A stretch of 64,000 bases of DNA from the NCBI GenBank assembly GCA_965203295.1, contig CBDBCZ010000017.1, positions 224,001 through 288,000 on the forward strand, given 5' to 3'. A model generated the notes under the pieces. The model ran no database searches, was not told where the DNA came from, and saw only the letters and a program-made list of their open reading frames with translations. A program made the position numbers and the translations under genes. Below, piece by piece: positions 11,569 through 23,426 of the stretch. This DNA comes from Nitrospirales bacterium. Lineage in GTDB: Bacteria > Nitrospirota > Nitrospiria > Nitrospirales > UBA8639. The first letter of the stretch is position 1. Each line of letters opens with the position of its first letter.

Positions 11569-11910
11569 GGTCGGTATTACAGTAATAGCCGTGCGATTAT
11601 TCTGCGGGCGCGCGGTGTTTGCACGTACGTTACTTATACCGACTTATCAGGGTAATATATTATGCGGAAGCCGTATGCCCGGGGGGGGGGGGGGGGGGGG
11701 GGGTATACGGATCAGTGAAGAAATACGAGGGTCGAAATCGACGTATCCGAGGAGCTCCGGACGCATTTCGCCGTAAACCGGAATTTCAACCTGGCTACTT
11801 TCCAACCCCGGAACAGCAGCTTTGTATGGCTTCTGTAAGCGGTATAAAAACACGCGAAAGCACAGTGCCTACAGAGTATTATCGGGTACGACTACCGCTC
11901 TTCACAATCG
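11569..11910. promoter_or_regulatory. Putative bidirectional promoter / first-exon region of A1 and A2
   Basis: CpG-rich, with a G run at 11681-11703 and CCGGAA/GCGGAA ETS-like sites, flanked by outward-facing donors (GTGAGA at 11567 minus, GTAAGC at 11911 plus). Confidence 0.5.
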
Positions 11911-12378
11911 GTAAGCGCAGTACTTTACGTTATAAATAATATTATATTGTTTTTAACGCACGATATTCTTTTTGCAGAGTTTGCTGAAAACCGCTAGGAC
12001 AGCGATTACATCTGACTGCATCTGATTCCAACTGTGGAAAGAGAAAGCTCTCAAGAATCTCAGTAAGTATTAGTACGTGGCTTTTTGTAACAAGCGCGAC
12101 ATCGTAACCCTATAAGTACGTGTATTAATGCCTGCGTCGCATGCGCAGCATGATTGTTCGTACAAGTTTAAATTTCATACATGCGCTGCTTGCGCACTGA
12201 AATAATTTAATGTATGTGTAATTGTTCTGTGTGTACACGTCCTCACTCTGGGCTGAATCGATAAACTTTGACTTTGATTTTGAATTTGACTTTAATAGAC
12301 TATGAACGCACTGTCTGATGCTCTACTCTGTATATGCACGCATTTAATACTTTCTGCACTCTCGACACTGCAGGCACA

Positions 12379-15300
12379 ATGTTGGCTCTCCGTGTGCTAG
12401 TATCCGCCCCCCGGGCTGCAAGGGCGTGTGGGGTTTCTCAGAAGTTGTTCACCCGCAATTTCAGCCCGCTGGCAAGCCGCTGGTACAACAAGCTACCTCA
12501 GAAGAATCCGGTGATCTCTAAGAGCATGCGCTCAGGTCAGTGCATGCATGGCTGCGCGATTATATATATGTTATTTCAGTCGGAACACGTTTTATTTAAT
12601 GGGAAGCAATAAAAAATAAAGCCCCAGAAAACTGATATGGGAGCACTGAATAAGCGACACTCACTGACAATCTTCTTAGTTTTACATACCAGTTACTGCC
12701 TTATAATGTAGCTAGTTTTCGATACTAGTCACTGAAGAGCAGTATATTATTATAGTTTGTAGTTATAGACTAGATCAAGCCAAAAATTGTAAATTTGCTT
12801 CCTGGCTACATGGAACAGTTCGAGGACCTATATGTAGTAGAAAAATTAATGTGCAATTTATTTATTTCCTGCCTGATTGAAAATTAAGTTACTGTAATGC
12901 CACAGATGAACTGAACATTTTTTATTAATAGCTCATTTATGAATAATAGAAGTTTTGTTCACTACTTCTGATTATTTGTTCACAAGAGTCTATCATGAGC
13001 CTAAACATTCAATAACCCAGAGAGAAGCGCAAAATTCAGCTTGTTTAACAGAGCTTTCTATGCCTGATCAAAGTAAGAGTCTTTGCTGAATAAAAATTAT
13101 AAGAGCTTAAAATAACCGACTCTCTCTTTTTTTTACAGTGATGGCGAAGTCACTGGCAACAGTCTCAGCATCGGCAACTACTGACATCCCCATCAAGTAT
13201 GTCAATAGTACTGGTTCTACAGATTTTTCGGTTGTGGTGTTCACGAAGAACTTCAGCGTCAACACTCCTGAGACATACTACGCAGCCTGGGAAGTCATTC
13301 AAGTCCAAAATTCCTCCCAATTCGTGTACCCTATTTCTACTGCTATTGGAGCAAGTTATGACCTTGGAGATCAATACAACACAATGGGTCCCTTTGGTGC
13401 CGTGCTGGGATCAACCTGGCAAATTAATCAGGATGATAAGGATGCCACCCCTATATTGGAGTCAGGTTTGTGCACAGCATGATGCAGGTTCCTTTTTAGC
13501 TTAATAATTAATATGAAAAAAGATTGTGCAATTAATTGTAATGATTAATGCAGATATTGAGTAGTAGTAGCATCTGTATCCTTGGGCTATTTTTTGTGTG
13601 TGCTATGGCAGTTATAGCTTGAGAAGCAGTGCATGCACTCTATTGACTGTTGCCTGGGAGCAAGACTCCATGGCCCTTACAGTGTTTGGGTTGTAGGGAG
13701 TCAGGGCTATAGTATAATATTTTGAATTTATCACTGTCTGTATATCTAAGAAATTAAGCGAGAAGTGTCTTGGGTGCAGAGTTGCTGAAGTAGTGCATGA
13801 TCATTAATATAGCTAAGTAGCTTCCCTTTTTGTTGTCTGTACACTTGCATAGCTAGATATTCCTTTTCCATTCAGTAATAAAGGTTAGACTAAGTTCCTC
13901 GGTGGGTTTGTTACTAGGAGAAAGTTACTCAATTGGTGGTAAGGAAGTCTCAAAACTGTGGATTGTTGTTGTGATTTGAATTCAGGTCTAACTACCCACC
14001 ACAGTTAGTAGTTAGAGGGTTGACATGACACACAGCTAGATGCCGTCTAACTGGCTAGCTACCTACCACAATTGACTTCATGTCTAAAGCTACCTGCCAC
14101 AGCTATAGTATAGTTGGAGGGCTGACATGACACACAGCTAGATGCCGCCTAACTGGCTAGCTACCTACCACATTTGGTTTCATGTCTAAAGCTACCTGCC
14201 ACAGCTAGATAGAGGGCTGAAATGACACACAGATGCCGTCTAACTAGCTAGCTACCTACCACAATAATAGTAGATCTTGTCAGCTTTTAAATTAGGGTTC
14301 CGGGTGGCAGCATGCATGGGTTTTGAGAGGAGGCTCTCAGACTGATGAATGTTCGCTGAAGGGACACAAGTTAGACCGCAAGATGAAGGTGCATTTAGTT
14401 TTGGAGGGGGTGAGGGGGTGGGGTGAAATATAATAATAGTAGTTTGTGATCATCTATTAAAAGGAGTGTAGTCCTTAATTTGAATTGTTTGCAAATAGCA
14501 GTGATATGGCTTCATACTGAATACTCCGCATGTATTGAAATTACTTGCGGATATGCATGAAGGCTATACCATAAACTCTGCAGTATAAGTACCCAGCAAT
14601 TACAAGAACCCTATGAATATAAGTACCCATTAAACCAGTTGCTGTCCACTTCCTAAATAGTAGTACCCATGCAAATAAAAGTACCCAATGAATATAAGTA
14701 CCCAACAGACGACTAAATGATGTATAAATAGTGCACGTGTGACTAGTTAAACATGAATAGTGATGATGATAATGGGTCCATCGAGATCTGCATCGAAAGT
14801 CCAAGTGGCTATCAAGACCGAAACTAAAGTTAATGTGCATACTGTTGTACTACCGTATTTTAACTTCATTGAAAAATTACCCCATAATTAGAAGTACCCC
14901 TACGTAATCTGTACCACGAAAATGCGCAATCTCTGAATAGAAGTACCGGTACTTGTACTCCAGAGTTTATGGTATGCCACATAGCATCAATTTATTTCCA
15001 TGACAATGTGGCAAGTACCAGCTTTGTAAAGCCAACAGCATGCCGGCAAGGCCAGCCTCTCTCAAAATGTAGGCTATGATTATAGCTACTCCTATAGCAA
15101 ATTATGTGTCACGGAGTTGTTATTAGCACTAGCACTTTAATGTAAGGTCATGCATGTTTAAATCTTTTGCAGTGGTTGCTGTTCCCAATCCCAACAATAC
15201 TATCGTGGTGAAGAATACACCTCCTCTCGGTGGTACATGGACCGGTCGAATGTACGATGTCTCTCTGTACAAGAGTGGTAAGCTGTTGGTAACCCAGCAA

Positions 15301-15522
15301 AATGTGCATGTTGGCAACCAAGCTGACATAGAGCTGCAGCCGAAAGTTTTCTTTGGAGTCACTCGCAATCTGACTGTTGGAGATGTTTTTACATCTCTTA
15401 GCATAACCGAAGGGCTTACAGAGTTTGACCTCAGCCAGTATCCTGATGGCCTGTTAGTGACCCTCAACCAGGAACCAGTTGGAGGCTTCTACTCGTTTAC
15501 TGGAGGAAATCTGACAAATTAA
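12379..15522 (+). CDS. Family gene A2, ~277 aa, putative mitochondrial presequence plus beta-rich core
   Basis: Exons 12379-12535, 13139-13465, 15173-15522. Donor CAG|GTCAGT, acceptors ttttttacag and cttttgcag, phase 1, open frame. Confidence 0.82.
13992..14265. repeat. ~100-bp tandem repeat, ~3 units, intronic
   Basis: Repeated ...gacatgacacacagctagatgccgtctaactggctagctacctaccaca... Confidence 0.75.
14567..14974. mobile_element. MITE, TA-flanked, ~27-bp TIR (Tc1/mariner-pogo-like)
   Basis: TACCATAAACTCTGCAGTATAAGTACC ... GGTACTTGTACTCCAGAGTTTATGGTA. Confidence 0.8.
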
Positions 15523-16420
15523 AACCTGCTGCCCTGAGACTTGGATACAATTGAACATCAATAATAAAGGCCAATACTTTTGTAGCTATCTATAGGTTGA
15601 CTGTTTGAGCTTGATCGTAGGCAATTTTTGATGGTTTTGTAATATATTACTATTATACTAAAATATACCTAGTTTATTATCCCATTCCTTGTACTATCAC
15701 GTGCATGGTTAAATTAAGGTGATGATGCCTGCCTATACGCTGTAACTAGCTAGTAGGTACTTCTGTATGCTCCAACTACCATAATTCAATGGCATAGGTT
15801 ATACTTGGGCATACCTGGGGCCTGGTAAATCTAATGAAGAAAGCTATAAGGTAAAAGATGATCACAATGTGTTTAACATGCTAGTTTGTCCATTTGTTTG
15901 ACTTCTGCTGTGGCTGCTACCAAAAAGTGACCGGCATTTGGATCAACCAAAGTATGTATGTTGAAATGCATAAAAATACTACAAAAGCCCTTCCTGATAC
16001 ATAGCTAATACGCTTCCTGATACATAGCTAATACGCTTGTGGTTCATACAGAATCTTGGCTGTTTTACAGTGCAGTCTCTCCATGCCTTCAGCCAGTCTT
16101 TGACGGCATGCATGTACCTAAGTAACTCCGTCGTCCTAGTTACTCCACTATCCTAATTGCCAGTTAGCATGCTTTAGCTGACTTGCAAAATATCCCATCT
16201 TGTATTGTCGTCATTAAGTAGACCCTCATCAGCCACCCCTCAGTTTTTATCACCGCTTTTTACAAGGTGCGATAAAGCTGAGGGGTGGAGCCTGGGAATG
16301 AGCAAGGCTACATATCTCTGCTCACACACAGTATATACTTATGATACACAGGTAGCACACTCACATACTTACACTCACTTGACGGTGTGGTCACATCTTG
16401 AGGATATTAACTTTTCGTGT

Positions 16421-16696
16421 TTTACACAAAAAAAAAACAAAAACAAAAAACGTGCAGGTTTGCTTTGATAGACCACTCGAGCATGCACTCAGGACCTGAG
16501 CCATCACCTAACTGCAATGATATGGGGGTGATTGAATTATGAAAAAGGAAATAAAAGTTTTACACAAAAAAAAAACAAAAAAAAAAAACGTGCAGGTTTG
16601 CTTTGATAGACCACTCAAGCATGCACTCAGGACCTGAGCCATCACCTAACTGCAATGATATGGGGGGTGATTGAATTGTGAAAAAGGAAATAAAAT
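16421..16696. repeat. Tandem duplication, ~138 bp x2
   Basis: Two near-identical copies starting tttacacaaaaaaaaaac...cgtgcaggtttgc. Confidence 0.85.
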
Positions 16697-17523
16697 TCGA
16701 TATGAAGGAAGAAACCAAATTACAGCTGCTAGCTATATAAAAATTACTTTCTGGTGGCATAAATTAAACATAAAGTTCCAATATCCAGTTACTTATACAT
16801 AATTAAATGCATGGTTGAGGCCTAGAGAGATGAGTATCTGGGTTTGTTAATTCATGTACTTTCTGAATTTGAATCACTTCATTTACTTACCCAGCATGCA
16901 TGCAGCCTCAGATTCTTCAAACTCCGTAGCCAACTGGGCGTATATGTAAAATTGTTGCACCGGATTGGAGGCTGTAACAGCTACTGACTCTGAGCTAGCC
17001 ACATAGCTACACAGCAAAACTTTCCTGAAATTAGAAAGTTTTTCAGTCCACATAGCTACCGCATATTCATAAACTATTTCAATGCTCGAAACTGTTTTCA
17101 CATGGATACACAGGGAGACTATCATTAGCTATAGACTACACTTGGAGAAAATTTATGGCTTCAGTGGTGCCGAGAGTACAAGTCACCAACAAGCTTTCAA
17201 AGTATTTGAAAGTTTTTCAGTCCGCATGGCTACTGCATATCCAAAATCTATTTCATCATTCAAAACTGTTTTCCGACATAATGCTTTTCATTCACCTAGT
17301 TAAGAAGTATCTTGACGCAATGTCTGAAATTGACCAGACACTCAGAGATATTGTTCTGCCATTTTAAAACTATGGGATAATTGTGACATCAAGTATAGGT
17401 TCTACAATTAAACATATGTGGAAGATTTATTTGGCTGAGCGGAAGGTGATCATTTCTGACACCAAGTGTAATAACCACTTGTATCATGGCAATGGTAATC
17501 TGTAAACAGTGATGCCTTTTATT

Positions 17524-18609
17524 TACAGTGGAACTTCCGAATAAAGGACACTTTGGGAGCAAGGCTTTTGTCCTTTATTCGGAGGTTGTCCTCTGGTGGG
17601 AGGTTCGACTCAATTTGCTATTTCTAGCCACATTAAGCACTCAAATGCCTACCAGACATGTATTCAAGCATAAACCATGTCATCTATTTTGGATTGTGTG
17701 AAAACAATTGGAGGCTGGTATGTATTGAAGTTCAATACCTCTATACTGTGGTATACTACAGTGGAACCTCCGAATAAAGGACACTTTGGGAGCAAGGCTT
17801 TTGTCCTTTATTCGGAAGGTTGTCCTCTGGTGGGAGGTTCGACTCAATTTGCTATTTCTAGCCACATTAAGCACTCAAATGCCTACCAGACATGTATTCA
17901 AGCATAAACCATGTCATCTACTGTAAGTATCTACCAGACAACATAGCTACATCACTGTATAATACGTTGTCGAAAGTTATCAGACGACATTAACATTGAG
18001 TGGTATAACAAATACGAGTGTCACAATGTCAGTAATGTCCAAAATAACAGTTACTGTCCAGAGTGGTTTGAACTGTGTAAGCATCTCTACACTTGCAAAC
18101 AGCTTATGGGTATGGACTCGAAATAAAGTTTTCACCTGTACTGTCGTCACAGATCACGTGCTCCAGCTGTATATCCGTGTCACGTTCCGTTTATGCCCGT
18201 TTTTGCTCAACTTGCGTGGGCGACTGGATTGGCATGTTATACAGCGATCTCAGAAACAAAAGCTGCTGGAAACTTACGCGTTCAGTATCTCAACTATCGC
18301 TGTGAATCAGTTTTAAGGCGGGATAAATTGAGTGAATCTGCCGTATATACTACGAGTACGAGAGTAACTTCCGGCACGAACGATGCATGGGTGTGGCTTC
18401 CAATTTGTCCGTTATAAGAGGCTGTTTTCAACGGACTTCTGCAGTCGGGAGCATGCAGTTTGTCCGCTGTCCGGAATCAAGAAGCGTCCGCTCGTGGGAG
18501 GTTTCTTATACATTAGCACTATAGTAATTTCAATAGGTGCCACGGCTGGTGTCCTTTATAGGGAGGTTGTCCGCTGGTGGGAGGGTCCGTTATGGGAGGT
18601 TCCACTGTA
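17524..18609. mobile_element. Pogo/Tigger-like MITE (17757-18609) with a duplicated left end (17524-17686)
   Basis: TACAGTGGAACCTCC...GGAGGTTCCACTGTA termini; ~160 bp of the left end occurs twice. Confidence 0.8.
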
Positions 18610-18687
18610 TATCTGTAACCACAAATATACACAGCTTCAGTTGGTGAAGTACGTTTCAATTTTTGATAAAAGGTATGTAATATATAT

Positions 18688-19125
18688 AGCATAGGAGTTA
18701 GGTTGGTATGCTAAATATACGACTGAGGTCCAAGGGCGTGTCCGATATTGACCGAGGCGCGTAGCGCCGAGGTCAATATCGGACACGCCCGCGGACCGAG
18801 GACGTATATTTAGTATACCAACCGTATACTCCTATGCTTTAGCTCATAGCGATGATGTCATTCAAGACTGCACATGCTCAGATACCTGTGCCCTTCGAAA
18901 GAACTAAGAAGACGAGTAGCTGAGCGTCAGTGAGTTAGCTAGCTGAGCTGAGTAGCTCAAGGGCTAAATTTCCCAATGTATCATGCATCAGTCATGCTGT
19001 TATTAAATGGATGCTTCAACCATAATGTAATGATATGAATTCAAACCTGAGTATAGGTTGATATGGCTAATATCATACCCAGCTACTGTACTTAAGCTCC
19101 TATGATGACATCATCACTATGAGAT
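18688..19125. mobile_element. Hairpin-type non-autonomous repeat
   Basis: Imperfect palindrome 18688-18838 centred on CCGAGGCGCGTAGCGCCGAGG, plus a second inverted pair (ctcatagcgatgatgtcat / atgacatcatcactatgag). Confidence 0.6.
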
Positions 19126-19914
19126 ATATAGATATATAACCTGTAGCTATATATATCACTGCAAAAGTCAAAGGGTTGTTTTTAACCAGCTATATATTAG
19201 TGCACTACTATAATATAAGGTTATCTCAGATGCAGTCTATACCAAACAATGTGATATATGCCTGCATGATGCAACCACAGGACCATTAATCTGGCTGTCT
19301 AAAGCCATTAATTTTGGTTTCATTTAGCACCCCCAAAGAAAACACTGTAGGTGTATAGTGTCAACGTACAGCTGTTTTCATAAGCAAATCGTAGCTATCT
19401 CAAAGAGAATCACTACTTTAATGCACTTACAAAGTAGTTTGAACATTGCCACTGCAAAAACAGAGTGGTTGTTTTTCCCACATAAGGCTACTCAGTTGCA
19501 GCCCCAGTACCAGAGATTGTTCAGTTATACATTTAGTATTACGTGCATGTTACAGTAGTGCAATATGATCACTTTATTCTATATAGCTGAGTACAATTAA
19601 GGCATAAAAATTATTCTTCTCCATCTTGTTCACAGCAGTGTAATATTATATGTACTACAGCAGTCAAGTCATGTTTGACCTATAGATCTCTTCACAGAAC
19701 CCCCATGGCATTTGCATTTACCAGGTGATTTTGTATTCTGTTCGATTAATAGCTTAGAGACCAATGTCTGAAGCCAGTTTATATTTTTATTGTTGCAGTA
19801 ACCCTTAGGTATGCATGTAACCTTCATACATATATACATAGCAACTATTATAGCTGTTCATGTGCGTCAATGTATATAGCTGTGTGCGGCATACAGTATT
19901 TAGGGTCATATAAG

Positions 19915-20282
19915 TATAGGATATACCACGTCTACGAGGAGTATAAACGCAGATATACTCCGCTAGACGGTTTACCCGAGGCGATAGCCGAGGGTAAACA
20001 GGTATATCGCGTTTATACTCCGAGTAGGCGTGGTATATCCGGCTTATACAACATTTGACCAATCAGTGGAGTTGGTACCCAGAAACGCTGGGCTAGCATT
20101 CCCAGAGGCAGCAGTTATTTACGATGTCATAATACATGAAAACATAAAAGTAGTATAATAAAACATGAAAACATAAACGTAGTATATGACCCTACATGAA
20201 AACATAAACGTAGTATATGACCCTTTATACTCCGCTTCTGCTCCAATCAAACACCTTGGATGTGATGTAATGTGGTATAATT
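19915..20282. mobile_element. Hairpin-type non-autonomous repeat
   Basis: Palindrome centred on CCCGAGGCGATAGCCGAGGG, followed by CCAATCA motifs and a tail related to 62445-62490. Confidence 0.55.
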
Positions 20283-20405
20283 ATAGTAACAAATGTCATT
20301 CAATACATAATAAGCAGCTATAGCTAAGAGGTTATAATACTAATAGCGTGAAACACTACATGTATAGTTAATTGTCTCCAGAAGGCTATAGGTCACAGCC
20401 AGTTT

Positions 20406-21599
20406 TCATTCGCAACTGGTACCGGTAAAAACATACTCCCCTGACACTGGGTCTTGTGACAGGGTCACCACTAACCCACCTGGGAACATATCAAGATCAA
20501 ACGTTGTTGGAGATAAAACGTTATCGGGGTTGAATACTTGAACCACTCCAAATGACAGACTATTCTGCAGTTGAAATTGCGCCTGCTGACCAATTTGCAC
20601 ATCTTGCTGAACCAGTAGATTATTATCCTTGTACAGACCAACGTTGCAGGGAAATTTGGCGGCATTATCCACCGCAATAGCTCCATCGGGGTTGGATATC
20701 GAAGAAACTGCAATCAGAAAACCAGCACAATGCACTTAATAATATTACCAAGTTCTGTGTTCTATATGTGACACTTCTATATCTGGATTCGCTGTCTGTT
20801 CTGTGCATTGAGCACTACTAACACGTCTACACATTCCATTAAAGTTGAGGATGTTTTTTTTCTAAAAAAGTAATTTTCTAATGTGTACGTACACACATTT
20901 ACTACTGATTGCAAGACCACATTGCACTGCATGGGGTTAACTTTGTTGCACCCATGCACCAGGCTAGAGATAACAAAAATAAGCACGACTCGTGCCTTTG
21001 ATCCACCTACGCAAAACCCTAATCTTCTAATGTAGCAGTCATACCCTAGATGCACCACATTTTGGTAGCAAAAATATATGGTGGTCGCTTGTTACCAAAT
21101 GTAAGTGGTCGAATTGTACTGAAGCTGCAAAAGAACAGCAACAGTTGAACGGGTTTGTTCACAGCACAAATAATATAGCTCCGTAACTATATTTATCTAT
21201 GATAGACTAAGTACACGCAGCTGTGCTATAATAATTAAACAAGGACATTCAAGGCAAACACTATACCGGGAAATAGTTATAGTACATTAAGCTTATACAG
21301 CTGCTGTAAGACGCACCTTCTTTTAATACAGCAGCGCTGAAAGTGCTGTCTAAGACTTGTTCAATTTCCCAAGTGCTTCCCGGTTGAGCTGGGAACGGTC
21401 CCATCGTAATCTTTACATCGTCTTGAAAGTAGTAGGCACCGACTTCAGTACTTGCGGGATACACAAATTCAGCCTTTGTTTGAGCAAACAGGTAACGCCA
21501 TGCTACCTTCGAATTCGCCTCGTAAACTACCACATGGAAGTCTACAGAACCAGTACTGTTGATGTAGATAACAGAGAAGCCTTGCGCTGGTTCAGACAT
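20406..21599 (-). CDS. Family gene B1, ~194 aa
   Basis: Exons 21599-21317 (MSEPAQGFSVIYIN...AAVLKE G|GTGCGT) and 20707-20406 (ttgcag|..SSISNPDG...GEYVFTGTSCE). Confidence 0.85.
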
Positions 21600-22082
21600 C
21601 TTGATCTTTCTACGAACGCGTCGTGAACAATCACTGATAGCTAGATCTACACCAAGACGTCGTGAAAATGGGAGTACATGTACTTTATGATTTGAACAGC
21701 AGGAAGTTCCCATAAGTCAATTACTGACGTGCAAGGGGTAGTGTAATCATAGATAATATTATCTATGGTGTAATGAAGAGTGGGCTTATATGCACCAGTA
21801 GTAGTTTGCAACTTAGATGTCGAGCCTTAAGACTATCCCTGACACTCTATACGCGTATACAGCACATTCGTTCGCGCAAAGTTAGAATCAGTTTGATATA
21901 AAGTGTATGCAGAGTCAAAGTAGAACAGCAAAGGGATAAACAAAGGGATGAAAAGTCTCAAGTGCTATAAAAACAAAAACTACTGACAATGGTTACAAAA
22001 CCAATCGCCAACATGACATGCTTTAAAATCTACACATCTGTAGTGAAACCAGTTGTCACAACCATCACAGGCAACTACATTG

Positions 22083-22500
22083 TCAAATGAGTCCAAGAGC
22101 TGAATGCGACACGAGCTGGAACCCCCTCGTCTTTACCCAGTGCCTAAACTTCGGGCTGTAGTCTTCCTGGTCTCCATCTTTGTTGAGTAGGTTGATGATC
22201 TTCTCTCCTTTGGCTCTGGTGATTGTCTTGCTGCCTTTAATGTCACTCTCAATGAACGACACTCTGCAAAACTCTTCGAACTTCTGCCTTTGGCTGGCCA
22301 TTTCTGACACTGCATTACTGTTCGAGCGTGGCATTTTTATAGCTAGCTTAGACGTGTCAAAGGTCATAGGTTTGCGCAACATCGCGCGTGCGCAAAAGTT
22401 GAATGGGCTGCGCAATCCCGGGATTGCGCGCCAAAGTAAGGATTCCTATTTTGCGCAGCGCAATCCTAGGATTGCGCAAATTCCTGGTTCGCGCGGAACA
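22083..22500 (-). mobile_element. Transposon remnant with a NOL4-like N-terminal segment (possibly Ginger-type)
   Basis: SKTITRAKGEKIINLL...KFRHWVKTRGFQL resembles, from recall, the NOL4 N-terminus. TGT terminus at 22500 on the minus strand with subterminal palindromes (GCGCAATCCTAGGATTGCGC). Confidence 0.5.
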
Positions 22501-22922
22501 TATATACGCGTTCCCGCAGTGTTGATGATGACACATCGCATGGCCAACATTATACATTAATTCTGACAAACCATGTAGGTGTGTATTTTCCTCCTGCTCT
22601 GCTATGCATTTCTAAACGTTAAAAAACTATTTTTAAATGAAATTTGTTAACATTTTCCATCTAAGCAGCCAATTCCCCCCCCCCCCCCCCAAAAAAAAAC
22701 AACCAAAAACAAATATGTTCAAGTACATGTAGGCGGAACACAAAAGACGAGAGAGAGGGACAGTTTTTGAGATAGGAGGGGAGAGAGTTTCAGGAAGAGC
22801 ATGCGAAAGGGACAATAGAGCGAAGGAACACCAAAGTATAAGCAAAGGGAATAAGATGGTGGCAGAGAAGAACTAGCCGCCGCGGTGAAACCGTGGTCGG
22901 CGGCCTCGAGCGACCACGGCAG

Positions 22923-23173
22923 TATACGGTCCACGTGTGCGGTAACAGAGCAGGCGGTTCAGTCAATGAACAAGCTTGTGCGCTCACCGAACAGGCTGTT
23001 CAGACAGCGAACAGCCCTGCGCGGTCACCGAACAGGCGGTTCGGTCAGCAAACAAGCCTGTGCGCTCACCAAACAGGCTGTTCGGTCACCGCACAGGGCT
23101 CTTCGCTGATCGAACAGCCTGTTCGGTGACCGCAGAGATATCACTTTCGGTTATCGCACACGTAGACCGTATA
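22923..23173. mobile_element. MITE with ~24-bp TIR and internal short repeats
   Basis: TATACGGTCCACGTGTGCGGTAAC ... GTTATCGCACACGTAGACCGTATA; repeated ccgaacaggc units. Confidence 0.75.
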
Positions 23174-23426
23174 TACTAATTTAAAAGAACAGCAGGGGAA
23201 GAATATGTATTCATGGTGGAAAGAAGACCATAAGTGTCTTAGATTTGCAACAAATAATATTATATTGAGACCATATACATGTAGTACTGTTATACTGTGC
23301 TTGCATGCTTGTTCTATTAAGAGAACCAATTCTTAAAAACAAAACAACCATCTAGCTAAGTATTGCGTAAAACACCAATTCATTGTTTTTGAATGGCTAT
23401 CTCAGTCATTGATTTCAGTGCAGTCA

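Noticed and set aside
21599..21713. 38-aa N-terminal extension of B1
   Set aside because: Not open in the other B copies; paralogs start at AAAATG/AAGATG MS(D/E)PAQ.
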